Below the pieces are notes generated by a model. The model saw nothing but the letters and a program-made list of their open reading frames with translations, had not been told where the DNA came from and searched no databases. This document shows positions 1 to 10,870 of a DNA stretch of 64,000 bases, in pieces (within the stretch, counting starts at the first letter, position 1; each line of letters begins with the position of its first letter). The stretch covers positions 29,760,001 through 29,824,000 of the forward strand of contig OZ024748.1 in NCBI GenBank assembly GCA_964016885.1, in the 5' to 3' direction. The translations under genes and the position numbers were made by a program. The DNA is from Eledone cirrhosa (lineage: Eukaryota).

Positions 1-480
1 TTGGCACCACACTCTACCTTCATCTTCTTCGAAAGGTCTTTAACCATGGAAATGAAGACCAAATTGCTCAATCTCTCTTCACTTTGAGAACACCTCATAT
101 AATTATTAATTCACTTTAATGAAGAAAACAATCTCTCACATGAAGCAGATGTGGCAGGTATGATCGGAATGAGACATAGTAATTTTGCTACTTCTGCCAG
201 AGTTTGATTTAATTCAAGTTCCTGTATTATGTCTGCGACTTTCTGGATGCTTGACACTCGCATTTCAATCCATCCAAATCCAATATGTTTAAATAGACAT
301 CTAAGGATGAAAAAGCTTCCATCGAAAATTTTCTTTCGTAAGCATGAAAAAGCTTCGGATTCAACAATTCCACAAAATCTGAATTCTTCCATGGATTTAA
401 ATCTTTACTCAACATGAACAATAACTTCATCCAAAATGTTGTTAAACAAAGTTCTTAAACAACTTCTGGTTTTTGATATG
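1..480 (-). pseudogene. hAT-family transposase remnant (C-terminal dimerisation domain, ZMYM1-like)
   Basis: ORF 111-392 ends in IPATSASCERLFSSLK. Past the stop the frame reads INNYMRCSQSEERLSNLVFISM, matching the hATC consensus (ERSFS.L..IK..LRS.M..ERLS.L). Confidence 0.8.
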
Positions 481-554
481 GACCACACATATATATATGG
501 ATGTATATATAATGTATTTTGCAATACACTTTATGCTTAAGAATATAACATCAA

Positions 555-649
555 TGATCTCAGCAAACAGGTGGGGTAGTTGGCCTTGATAAGCTTCAAC
601 CAAAGCGAAACAAGTCTTGTCGGCTTATCTCCCCTGTTTGCTGAGATCA
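555..649 (+). ncRNA. Type I hammerhead ribozyme, U3-A8 core variant (copy 1)
   Basis: GGCC-TTGATAA-GCTT caacca AAGC-GAAA-CAA gtc TT-GTC-GGCT. An outer stem pairs 555-571 with 633-649. Predicted cut after 621. Confidence 0.8.
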
Positions 650-870
650 AAGTGAGTGAATTTGTCACTACTTTAAAACAATAGCTTACGGTCTTCAAAA
701 TGCTTTTAATTAAGCATAAAGTGTATTGCAAAATACATTATATATACATCCATATATATATTGCTATTTCAGAGCTCCAATTCTAATTTTTAATTTCTGC
801 CTGACCAACAATCGCTCTGTATAATCAGCTCCTGATTATTTACTAGAATTCTATAAGAATATAACATCAG

Positions 871-967
871 TAATCTCAGTAGACAGGAGGGGTAGTTAGC
901 CTTGATAAGCTTCAACAAAAGCGAAACAAGGCTCTTGTCGGCTTATCTCCCCTGTTTGCTGAGATTA
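871..967 (+). ncRNA. Type I hammerhead ribozyme, U3-A8 core variant (copy 2)
   Basis: AGCC-TTGATAA, stem II GCTT/AAGC, GAAA-CAAG gct CTT-GTC-GGCT. The outer stem shows a compensatory change relative to copy 1 (TGATC/GATCA to TAATC/GATTA). Predicted cut after 939. Confidence 0.85.
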
Positions 968-1132
968 AAGTAAGTGAATTTGTCACTACTCTAAAACAAT
1001 AGCATACGGTCTTCAAAATGCTTTTAATTAAGCATAAAGTGTATTGCAAAATACATTATATATACATCCATATATATATATATATAAATACATATATATA
1101 TAAATAAAAATAAATATATATATATAAATATA

Positions 1133-1180
<48 letters not shown>

Positions 1181-1276
1181 AATGAAGTAATTCTGTCGGA
1201 AAGGTCCAGGAAAAAAGAGTGCTCTATGTAAGTTACAGAGCTTAATAGTTATGTAATAAACAACATACGGTAATTA

Positions 1277-1337
1277 TTTCATTTACCAATGGTTTCTTGA
1301 AAGCAAACAAAAGTTGCTTTCAATCATCAGAATGAAA
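1277..1337 (-). ncRNA. Type I hammerhead ribozyme, canonical core
   Basis: Minus strand: TTTCATT-CTGATGA-TTGAAAGCAA cttttgt TTGCTTTCAA-GAAA-CCATTG-GTA-AATGAAA. Stem I is 7 bp, stem II is 10 bp, cleavage triplet GUA. Confidence 0.88.
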
Positions 1338-1436
1338 AAAATCCTGGTGTATTTATTGACGTTGGATTTTAAAAACAAAAATATAATCCATATAGATTAT
1401 AGTTTTGTTGGTTATTACATAACTATATATATATAT

Positions 1437-1571
1437 AAAATTAGAAATAGAAGCCATCATCGCATTTTTTCACTAAATAAATTTCAGCCTAACAGTGGGG
1501 TTCTGAAACCCACTGTTAAGCTAAAATTTATTTAGTCAAAAAATGCAGTGATGGCTTCTATTTCTAATTTT
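1437..1571. repeat. Imperfect palindrome of about 135 bp
   Basis: AAAATTAGAAATAGAAGCCATCA...TGATGGCTTCTATTTCTAATTTT, with the arms meeting at CAGTGGG gttctgaaa CCCACTG. Confidence 0.85.
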
Positions 1572-1704
1572 CAAACTCACTCGCTGTTTCAAAAACATAC
1601 TTACTTGTCATATATATATATATATATATGTATGTATATCACAAATAAAATGAGGATAGTGGAATTTATCAATAATTAATTTTATATTTAACAAAAATTG
1701 TGAA

Positions 1705-1850
1705 GGCGTGTGGCTGAGTGGTTAAAGAATTGGATTTGCATCGTGAGGTTGTGAGTTCAATTCCAGAACCGGGCGATGCGTTATGTCCTTGAGCAAGACA
1801 CTTTATTTCATGTAGCTCCTTCCACCCCGAGTTGCGACCAATAGATAGTA
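1705..1850 (+). mobile_element. tRNA-derived SINE, family A (CORE-like domain)
   Basis: A box TGGCTGAGTGG, B box GTTCAATTCC, then GTCCTTGAGCAAGACACT. Related copies at about 4683-4952(-), 7342-7465(+), 8765-8976(+) and 48920-49035(+). Confidence 0.75.
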
Positions 1851-2007
1851 TTAGCAATTGGAAAGACCAATGGAAACACTGTTTCCTCGGTCCGATTTGA
1901 CGAAAGTCGATCGTTCTTTTTTTTTAAACAAAAATTATTTATCGTGGAAAGAAACCAACGCATGCAGTGCATACATGGACCAGCGGAGTGGCCCCTGGTA
2001 TATTTAT

Positions 2008-2135
2008 ATCTTTATTTTATTATAGAAATGAGTTCTACCGGACTAGAACTGTTTCAGTCATCAGGAAAGTGATAATATTTTACGAATGAAACTGTTCTAG
2101 TCATGTAGAAGTCATTTCTATACTAAAATAAAGAT
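2008..2135. repeat. Inverted duplication of an HHR-containing element end
   Basis: 2008-2056 pairs with 2087-2135. The minus strand at 2029-2072 reads CTTTC-CTGATGA-CT-GAAAC-AG...GTA-GAA (stem II deleted). Same family as 9174-9227 and 57032-57083. Confidence 0.75.
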
Positions 2136-2815
2136 GCCTATATGCTACTAACGTTATTGAGTACTCGTTTTAACTGTGGTTACAACCCGATATACATTGG
2201 GAATCCATCTATAAATATATATACATTATATATGTATATATAAATATAGTGAATATTTATCCTAGAAAAAGTGTATATTTGATGATTAAGGTAAACTTAA
2301 GGTAGACAGAAAAACTGAAGTATAAACACCAAAGTAACTGGAAGACATAAGTAATTTTTTTTGTATTAGATTGATCTTGAAAAAGAAATGAGAGAGAGAG
2401 ACTGATGGTATTGACTTTTTTTAACAGTTGCAAGGTGATGGCTGCAATAGGTACATTGACAGGGAGAGAATTTCAGAGGGTTGACATTCTTGGGGAAGAA
2501 GGATTGGACTGTGGTTAGTGTCGGTGCTGGGGCAGGGGAGGTGGACACAATATGATTGATGAGAGAAAGAGAGATGAATGAGCTGGGAGTGCCTGAGTGA
2601 TGGAGGTGGCTCAATTTGACAACAACCAGTTCCATAGAACAGAGACCACTGTAGTAACAGTAAGAAAGTTGAAAGAGGAGACTGAAATCTGTGGGCCAGA
2701 AGTTGGAGTATGAGACAATGAGGCGACGCTTCTTATTTGGGAGGAGGGAAGAGGTCAGAAGATGTGGTCTATGATGTCTTTAGGACATCTGAGAGAATAG
2801 TGAGACAACACCTAC

Positions 2816-3007
2816 CTTGTCTGACGAGGGATATGTTACTGCTGTTGTCAGGAGCAACAAACCAGAATGAGAAGCAATAGTCGTTAGCAACATTACACCG
2901 GATGGTAACATTATCAGGCATTACGAAACCATGGATAGCCTTCTCTTCCTCACTAATTGGCTTATTGTTGTAGTATGCACAGTAAGCATATTCCTCTTCT
3001 GCTCTTG
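2816..3007 (-). CDS. BMPR2: Exon of a BMP type II receptor (BMPR2/wishful thinking-like), N-terminal half of the activin-receptor-type extracellular domain
   Basis: Reads ARAEEEYAYCAYY...DNVTIRCNVANDYCFSFWFVAPDNSSNISLVRQG, compared with human BMPR2 ...LCAF...NGTILC..STCYGLW....DINLVKQG|CW. Pyrimidine tract plus TTTGCAG acceptor, CAAG|GTAGGT donor, 192 bp, phase 1-1, ending at the same Gly as human exon 2. Confidence 0.82.
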
Positions 3008-3384
3008 CTGCAAATAAAGAAATGAGAAAAGTAAATATACAATGCACATACATATCTTCATCATCAAGATTTTAACATCTATTTCTCCTGCTAGCAAGGG
3101 TTGGGATGGGTCTACATAGACCAAGTCAGTACTGAAGTGGGGCTACTGACCTCCCAGACAGACCAGGATCTGCATATCACTTTATGTATGGTCTCACATT
3201 CTATCGAGTGCACAGGAGAGGTTGTCATATTTTTGACACAACTGATGGATGCCCTACCTATCACCAACTACTTTACAGCATGTTAAACAGGATTATCAAT
3301 AGAAACATCAAATCTGATCTGTGATATGGCACCAAGTCATGGCAAATAAGAGCAAATACCTCCATAAATTTCCAAACACCCATC

Positions 3385-4076
3385 AACAGGTGTCATAGGT
3401 ACATCTTAAACAAGTGTCATAGATACATCATAAACAGGTGTCACAAGTACATCTTAAACAGGTGTCACAAATACATCCTAAACAGGTGTCATAGGTACAT
3501 CTTAATCAGGTGTCACAAATACATCTTAAACAGGTGTCACAGGTACATCTTAAATAGGTGTCACAGGTATATCTTAAACAGGTGTTACAAGTACATCTTA
3601 AACAGGGGTCACAGGTACATTTTAAACAGGTGTCACAAATACATCTTAAACAAGTGTCATAGATACATCTTAAACAGGTGTCATAGACACATCATAAACA
3701 GGTATCATAGATACATCTTAAACAGGTGTCATAGACATCATAAACAGGTGTCATAGATACATCATAAACAGGTGTCATAGACATCATAAACAGGTGTCAT
3801 AGATATATCTTAAACAGGTGTCACAGACACATCATAAACAGGTATCATAGATACATCTTAAACAGGTGTCATAGACATCATAAACAGGTGTCATAGATAC
3901 ATCTTAAACAGGTGTCATAGACACATCATAAACAGGTGTCATAGATACATCATAAACAGGTGTCATAGACATCATAAACAGGTGTCATAGATACATCTTA
4001 AACAGGTGTCACAGACACATCATAAACAGGTGTAATAGATACATCTTAAACAGGTGTCATAGATACATCTTAAACC
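3385..4076. repeat. Minisatellite, 22-24 bp unit (ACAGGTGTCATAGATACATCTTAA), about 29 copies
   Basis: Directly visible tandem array. Confidence 0.95.
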
Positions 4077-4319
4077 AAGTTATATGCTATATATAATGCT
4101 ATATACTGAGTTATACACTATACTATGCTATATACTATGCCATATATAATTGTTTCTACTATTGGCACAAGGCCAGCAATTACCCAGTACATTACTGGTA
4201 CTTTATTTTATTAATGTTATATACTATGCTGTATACCATGGTGTATATTGAGTTATACACTATTCTATAATATATATAATGCTATATACCAAGTTTTATA
4301 TTATACTATGCTACATATA

Positions 4320-4500
4320 ATTGTTTCTGTTTTGGGCACAAGGCCAGCAATTACCTCAGTGCATTACTGGTACTTTATTTTATTGACCCTGTAAGGATGA
4401 AAGGCAAAGTTAACCATAGCAGCATTTGAACTCAGAACGTAAAGGGCCATAACTGTATGCTGCAAAGCATGGTGTCTGATGCTCTACCGATTCTGCTAAA
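4320..4500 (-). mobile_element. SINE family B
   Basis: Shares GGCACAAGGCCAGCAAT...GGTACTTTATTTTAT.GAC...AAGGATGAAAGGCAAAGT...TTTGAACTCAGA with 49792-49980(-), 50683-50885(+), 29440-29570(+) and 51610-51760(-). Partial duplicate at 4148-4212. Confidence 0.75.
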
Positions 4501-4682
4501 CTATGCTGTATACCGAGTTATACACTATATATAATGCTATATGCTAACTTTGTCCACTCATAGTGGAACATTTTTTCTGAGTACGAGGGAGAGAGGGGAG
4601 GGGGCAAAATCAAAGTCATTGAGAAACACAGCTGTAGGTTAAAACTAAGCAAGAAGCCATCAGTGAATAAATCTCTCTAAAG

Positions 4683-4952
4683 TCTGAGCCCGGAGGTTGA
4701 GCAGGCTGGTGTTATCCCAGTTTCCATGATGTTAAGAGACTGAGAGTACAATACTACCCCAATGGACAGGATGTCAGTCCATTGCAGGGTTAAACCCCCA
4801 GCTATAGCTGGTACTCATGTTCAGTTGAGTATACTGGAGCAACCTAAAAAGAAGTGTTTTGCTCAAGAACACAACACACATCTCAGTCCAGGAATTGAAT
4901 CCATGACATTATGATCATAAGTCCAACACCCTTACCACTAGGTCATGCACCT
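4683..4952 (-). mobile_element. tRNA-derived SINE, family A
   Basis: Minus strand TGACCTAGTGG...GGATTCAATTCC...GTTCTTGAGCAAAACACTT. Body is homologous to 8765-8976. Confidence 0.75.
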
Positions 4953-5654
4953 TCACATTGGAGATGAGCAGGAGATATGTGAAGAATACCAGAGGGATAT
5001 TTGGCATGGTGAGCCTTGGATTGGAACTCAGAGAGGAAAAGGGAGGCAAGATGCTCCAGGATCACCTGTTGGAGACTGGCAGAGGAGGAATTTAAAGGTG
5101 ACAGTGATGACATGGAACCAAATCATCCTCCTTCCCATTGTTTTACATCCATTTTCTATGCTGGCCTGAGTTAGACAAGATTGGGAGGACAACATCTTGC
5201 TCATACGTCCCATTTTGGGGGATAATTTCCAGAGCTGGGTGCCCTTCCTAACATCGAGTGACAAGAAAATCACAGAATCATAGAGAACTTGTTGAAAAAT
5301 TGTGTTAGAGAGAGACTATATATAGCCAGGAATCCAGACAATGATGGTGGTGGTGGGATAATGGTGCTGGTGGGGAAAGAGTTGAAGACTAGTGGTGAGT
5401 GAAACGTTGTTTATGAGTTAGATAACCTTTAGTTTTATGGTTGTGCAGAATATACTGTAATTGGGTCTAATAGCAGCTGTAACCCAAACATGTGAGCAAA
5501 ACATTAGGGTGGGTCAACATGGGGAGGGGAGTGGGGAACAGAACCTTGAGTAAATACCATTAAACCAGAGAAGGACAGGGAGTTAGAGATAAATGAACCA
5601 CTTGTCATCAGTTATTCAGTTTTTAAAAAATATTTTCTGGCATTCATAATAAAG

Positions 5655-6449
5655 TTGTAGTTGTGATGCAATATTGGCTGATGTGATTTGTTGTGATGCA
5701 ATCTTGGCTGATGTGATTTGTTGTTGTGATGCAATCTTGGCTGATGTGATTTGTTGTTGTTGTGATGCAATCTTGGCTGTGATTTGTTGTTGTGATGCAA
5801 TCTTGGCTGATGTGATTTGTTGTTGTGATGCAATCTTGGCTGATGTGATTTGTTGTTGTTGTGATGCAATCTTGGCTGATGTGATTTGTTGTTGTTGTGA
5901 TGCAATCTTGGCTGATGTGATTTGTTGTTGTTGTGATGCAATCTTGGCTGATGTGATTTGCTGTTGTTGTGATGCAATCTTGGCTGATGTGATTTGCTGT
6001 TGTGATGCAATCTTGGCTGATGTGATTTGCTGCTGTTGTGATGCAATCTTGGCTGTGATTTTCTGTTGCGATGCAATCTTGGCTGATGTGATTTGTTGTT
6101 GTGATGCAATCTTGGCTGATGTGATTTGTTGTTGTGATGCAATCTTGGCTGATGTGATTTGTTGTTGTTGTGATGCAATCTTGGCTGATGTGATTTGCTG
6201 TTGTTGTGATGCAATCTTGGCTGATGTGATTTGCTGTTGTGATGCAATCTTGGCTGATGTGATTTGTTGTTGTTGTGATGCAATCTTGGCTGATGTGATT
6301 TGCTGTTGTTGTGATGCAATCTTGGCTGATGTGATTTGCTGTTGTGATGCAATCTTGGCTGATGTGATTTGCTGCTGTTGTGATGCAATCTTGGCTGATG
6401 TGATTTGTTGTTGTTGTGATGCAATCTTGGCTGATGTGATTTGTTGTTG
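5655..6449. repeat. Minisatellite, 24-30 bp unit TGTGATGCAATCTTGGCTGATGTGATT(TGT)n
   Basis: Directly visible. Unit lengths vary in steps of 3, which explains the three long repetitive ORFs. Confidence 0.95.
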
Positions 6450-7649
6450 GATGTTCTACCAATTCTACTGCCAATCCACCATATTATGAACGTGTTATTT
6501 TGTGGAGAATATGAAAGTTTTAGCAAGCTGTTTATTGGTCAGAAGAAGCTGACAGCAAGTGTTTTGTAAATGTTTCCTGGGGTAGGTGTGTGGGGATGTA
6601 GAATGTTTTGCATTTTGTTGCTGTTGAATAAGATGAGACTGTTGCCTCTCAGACACAGATTCATCATCACCATCATCATCATTATCATTATCATTACCAT
6701 CATCATCATCCCCATCACCTTTTCACATGTTTTTCTTTGTCCAAGCTGGCATGGGCTGGATGAGTCATTACAAACCATGTTTCACTCACTCATATATATT
6801 GCATATTTTGGCATGGTTTCTACAGTTGGGTGCCCTTCCTAATGCTAATCACTTTGTGTGATCTCTCTGGAGGATTTGTATAATGAGAAGTAGAGCCAAT
6901 ATACCACCCTGTTTAACACCATCACTTAGTCCTTACTTTGAAGTTTTCCAGGGCAGGAGACCACGGTTATATGATGTAAGAGGAGAAGAGTAAAATCTTG
7001 AAACTTCATATGATATTTAGTGTTGGAAGCAAGAAGCAAGGAAGTAGTGTACATGAGGTTGTCAAGGAATAGTAAGAAACAGTAGCAGAGAAGGGGTGGA
7101 TGGAACAGAGTCTACAGAATAGAAGGGATTTTCAAATATTTATAGCATTGGATAATATGTTTGACGGTATTTGTTGATTTAATCAACATTGTCCTTTCTC
7201 CAAATTTGCTGGCCTTGCGCTTAAATTAGAAATTAATATTTAACCTTTTTCTAACCATACTTCTAATGAAAGACAATATATATAATTTAAAAATAAATTT
7301 GAAGGTCCTTCTTTCCAATTAAATCGTTTTTGTCTGGTGATGGTGCATGGCCTAGCAGTTAGGTATTGGACTCACAATCATAACTTTGTGGGTTCAATTT
7401 CTGGCCCAGCTGGTGTGCTGTGTCATGTTTTTGAGCAAAAATATTTTATCTCATATTGTTGTGATTGGCAGACAATATCTTATTCCAATTTGACAATAGG
7501 CTCTTTTCTATTTTTTCTTTCTGCTTGGCTGCGACCACACTGAATAGTCTGGCATGTAGTACTGAATAATGTGCAGTGCAGCATCATAGCCTGAACAATT
7601 GCACTTGCTTCTCTGATTCCAGTGAATTCCTGTACACATGCAAATTCTG

Positions 7650-8580
7650 GTGTCAGAAAGACATTAACAAATTAAAAGAAGACCTACAGAACAATCCGTA
7701 CTAAAATTCAACATTCAGACTAATACAAACAAAAGTCTTAGCAATAATATAATAACTCCATTTCTAGACATGAGATTCAGATAGAAAATAATAAATGCAT
7801 CACATCTGTTTACACTAAAGGCACAAATAAATGTATATATTTAAACAGAGACAGCTTGTGTCCACATAAATGTATATATTTACAGAGACAGCCCATGTCC
7901 ACATAAATTCCTATTTAGAAGAGCATTTAGATTCTTCCATATGAAGTAGCATACAAAGAAATCCATAGAATAAAACAAACAGCGAATATTCTAATAATCC
8001 AATACACCACTTCATAAAACAAAACAGAAATACAATGCAATGCATCAGATAATACACTTACTAGAAATATACACACCATACATAAAGTGTATTGTTATGA
8101 ATCAAATGCACATCAATTATAGAATAAATGAACACTTTTTATCAAAATCATCATAAAAAAAGAAAATAATGCATTGCATCAAACAATAAACATGATTCGC
8201 ATTTTAAATCCACAAACAAATTTGCCAGAGAAACCAAGCCAAAATACAGATCCATATGGCTATGATGTGGTCTTCAGACCTGATTTGTCTGATAATGTGG
8301 CAACCCCTCTAACCCATGCAGTGATAATGATAAAACAAATTCTCAACCTCACTGTTACAAAATATTGAAGATCAAACTGTAGTACCTGCTTATACCAAAT
8401 TGAAGGATGAACAAACCTTCAAAATAAAAGAAAATTTCACCAGCAACTTTGAGAACCTAATCTATGTTATAACATGCTTTCGATGTCTGCATAATTATGT
8501 AGAATAGATGGGCTTGACATTGTGCAAAAGAATGATCATACAATGCCAACAAATCTGTGAGGAAAACATAGATTTAATTA
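7650..8580 (+). mobile_element. Highly decayed Penelope-like element (RT C-terminus and GIY-YIG remnant)
   Basis: PFLDM at about 7757 and ENLIYVITCFRCLHNYV at about 8451, homologous to ENLIYVITCDGCRHNYIG at about 39800. Confidence 0.65.
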
Positions 8581-8764
8581 CAGATCAACAAAGAAAAGCC
8601 ATAATATTAACAAATATAAGCCACACCTAAATGTATAATTGTTATCCATTAGATATTACATAATGAACTATAGATGCAAACAAGATTGGTTAATTCTAAA
8701 TATAAGATACCCATATTCTTATGTGTGTACTCACACACACACATATATATATATGTATTGTGAA

Positions 8765-8976
8765 TATAATGTTGTGGGTTCGATTCCTGGACTGGTTGTG
8801 TATTGTGTTCGTGAACAAAACACTTCATTTCACATTGCTCCAGTATACTCAGCTGAAAATGAGTACCAGCTAGATGTTTAACCCTGCAATGGACTGGTGT
8901 CCTGTCCAGGGGCTGTTTTGTACACTCAGTCACTTAATGCCATGGAAACTCCTGATGAGCCTCTGGGCTCAAGACA
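8765..8976 (+). mobile_element. tRNA-derived SINE, family A (5' truncated)
   Basis: B box GGTTCGATTCC, then a body shared with 4683-4952. Confidence 0.7.
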
Positions 8977-9173
8977 GATATATATATATATATATATATA
9001 TATTTAAAAAATAAAAGAATGACTTCACTAGTGGTTGGTGCTCTTGAATAATTCAAATCTTTATAGTAAGTTGTTGATAACTTCTGTGGAGAACTTGTTA
9101 ACTAATGCTATATATATATATATAAACTACCAACTCAGACACCTATAAATAACCAAAACTGAACAACTTTATC

Positions 9174-9227
9174 TGACATTCCTGATGGTTTCATACGAAT
9201 GAAACAGTTCTAGTCTTGTAGAAGTCA
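9174..9227 (+). ncRNA. Hammerhead-like motif (A9G, probably decayed)
   Basis: TGAC(A)TTC-CTGATGG-T TTC atac GAA T-GAAAC AG...TT GTA-GAAGTCA. Confidence 0.6.
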
Positions 9228-9719
9228 TTTCTTTATATAATGCTGGACTCTTCCGTCGATATCCGACATATGAGTGTCCAACAAAAATTAAATATGAGAA
9301 AGTGAACTGATGCTGAACTACCCATACAAAGTTTTGTTTTAAGTGGTGAAGGCTTGTGTAGGACCAACCACACTTTTTGGAACTGACAACACATATCTTC
9401 GGTGCAAATGTTTGCCATGGAAAATACGACAGCCCTCAGCTTTTTATGCCTCGGAGTTCAACTTCTCTGTATAAAATTAAAAAAATAATAATACTATTTG
9501 GATGGCCGTTGACTCGGCTGAGTTCCTCCGCCCTTTGCCGGGACTTGTATTTCGTCCCGCAAGGTGTCCAAATATCACCCTCCTCACCAAGTAAACTTGG
9601 TGGTGTTGCTGGTTTAGTCGCCGACGACCCAACAGGTTGTACTGGGTTACATGTTACCAGTAGCACTCGAGAGCGACCTGACACAATATATATATATATA
9701 TAATGTAATATATATATAT

Positions 9720-10030
9720 ACACCCTTTCTCTATAAAGTTATGTTGGTACCACAACATCCAGTCCAAATTAATGGGATCGTATAGGTGTCACGACAAAAA
9801 AACACACAGTCCACGCTGTAATTTGGCCGTGTAGGTAACATGGTAAAAAGCTCCCAGTCCGCACTGTAAATGTAGTTGGTGTTAGGAAGTGCATCCAGCC
9901 GTAGAAAACCTGCCAGATAGTCCTATACAAGCGAGACATGGTCACCCGACCAATCTTGCCTCAACTGAGACAACTCTCGTCTAACCCATGCTAGTGTGGA
10001 AGATGGACGTTAAATGATGATGGTGATGGT
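9720..10030 (+). mobile_element. RTE LINE 3' UTR fragment ending in (ATG)n
   Basis: Reverse-complement homolog of 13797-14105. Ends GGACGTTAAATGATGATG, like the RTE tail at 23635. Confidence 0.7.
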
Positions 10031-10870
10031 AGAACTATACAAATAATTCTCAAAGGAAAGTAGAGGATTATAATGATAAACCTTAACATGATAACCAATA
10101 ACACAAATTCCCCAGATTAAGAAAAATAGTAGTTCCACTAGAAAAACTAACACAGGCAGATGAAAATTTTTTTAGTTTAACCCACTCCATAGCCTTTGAT
10201 ATTCTAGATAGTAATTTTCCTCCCCCGACCATAAATACCATAAATTAATCAATAAAAATACAGTTATCTTTTCCTACCACCCCAACTTAGCCAATTATAT
10301 AGCATTCAGCAACCACCAGACACTTTCCAAACATAATTGATTCATTACAACATAATCCACCTATTAGCAACTCCACTAACATAGATAATGCTTCAATTGT
10401 AAGTACACTGAACTGGCCTAGGGAAAACATCTTAAACCTTCCAGTAAGCAGTACACCTCCTCAAACAGAAACTGTAATAGCAGTGATCCTAATAATTGTC
10501 CTCTTGGCAGATTATGCCTAACTAACAACGTAGTATATAAATGTACTGTAAAAATGCAACTCTACTAGTTCTTATACCAGAGCCACAGCTACTCCATTTA
10601 AGACCCGTTATAATTCCCACTTGTACTCATTTAAAAATAATAAGCTGTAACACACTACTTCCCTAGCATGGTATATAACTAATCCGATTGAGTCCCAAAC
10701 TACCATAAACTACATTGGGAAATTATAGATAAGTCTACACAATACAATAAGGCATCTTGTCGATTATGTCTCTTGGAGGCGTATTTTATCACAATGTCAA
10801 CCCCAGAACCTAAGATTACTAGAAATGAATTAGTAATGAATTGTCCACATCATTTTTCTGATGCTTTTTT
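10030..10870 (+). mobile_element. Decayed Penelope-like GIY-YIG region
   Basis: NCPLG...LTNNVVYKCTV...PFKTRYNSHLYSFKN...CRLCLLEAYFI with frameshifts. Confidence 0.7.

Larger units (their letters stand above)
490..1078 (+). mobile_element. Non-coding HHR-bearing tandem unit (about 318 bp, 1.7 copies) with a 5' inverted segment; retrozyme/PLE-pLTR-like
   Basis: 538-760 is directly repeated at 854-1078. 490-540 is the reverse complement of 710-760. Each copy carries an HHR and both ends run into (TA)n. Confidence 0.8.

Noticed and set aside
1705-1790. tRNA gene
   Set aside because: The A and B boxes belong to a SINE head followed by a SINE body, and there is no complete cloverleaf.
3385-6449. 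Minisatellites as CRISPR-like arrays
   Set aside because: No unique spacers, no cas genes, and a eukaryotic context.
2390-7130. Purine-rich patches at about 2390-2800, 4955-5330 and 6860-7130 resembling old L2-like LINE remnants
   Set aside because: Too decayed to assign by eye, so not listed as features.
8945-8976. CTGATGAGCC..GGCTC as a hammerhead
   Set aside because: No GAAA or cleavage triplet follows; it is a SINE 3' end.
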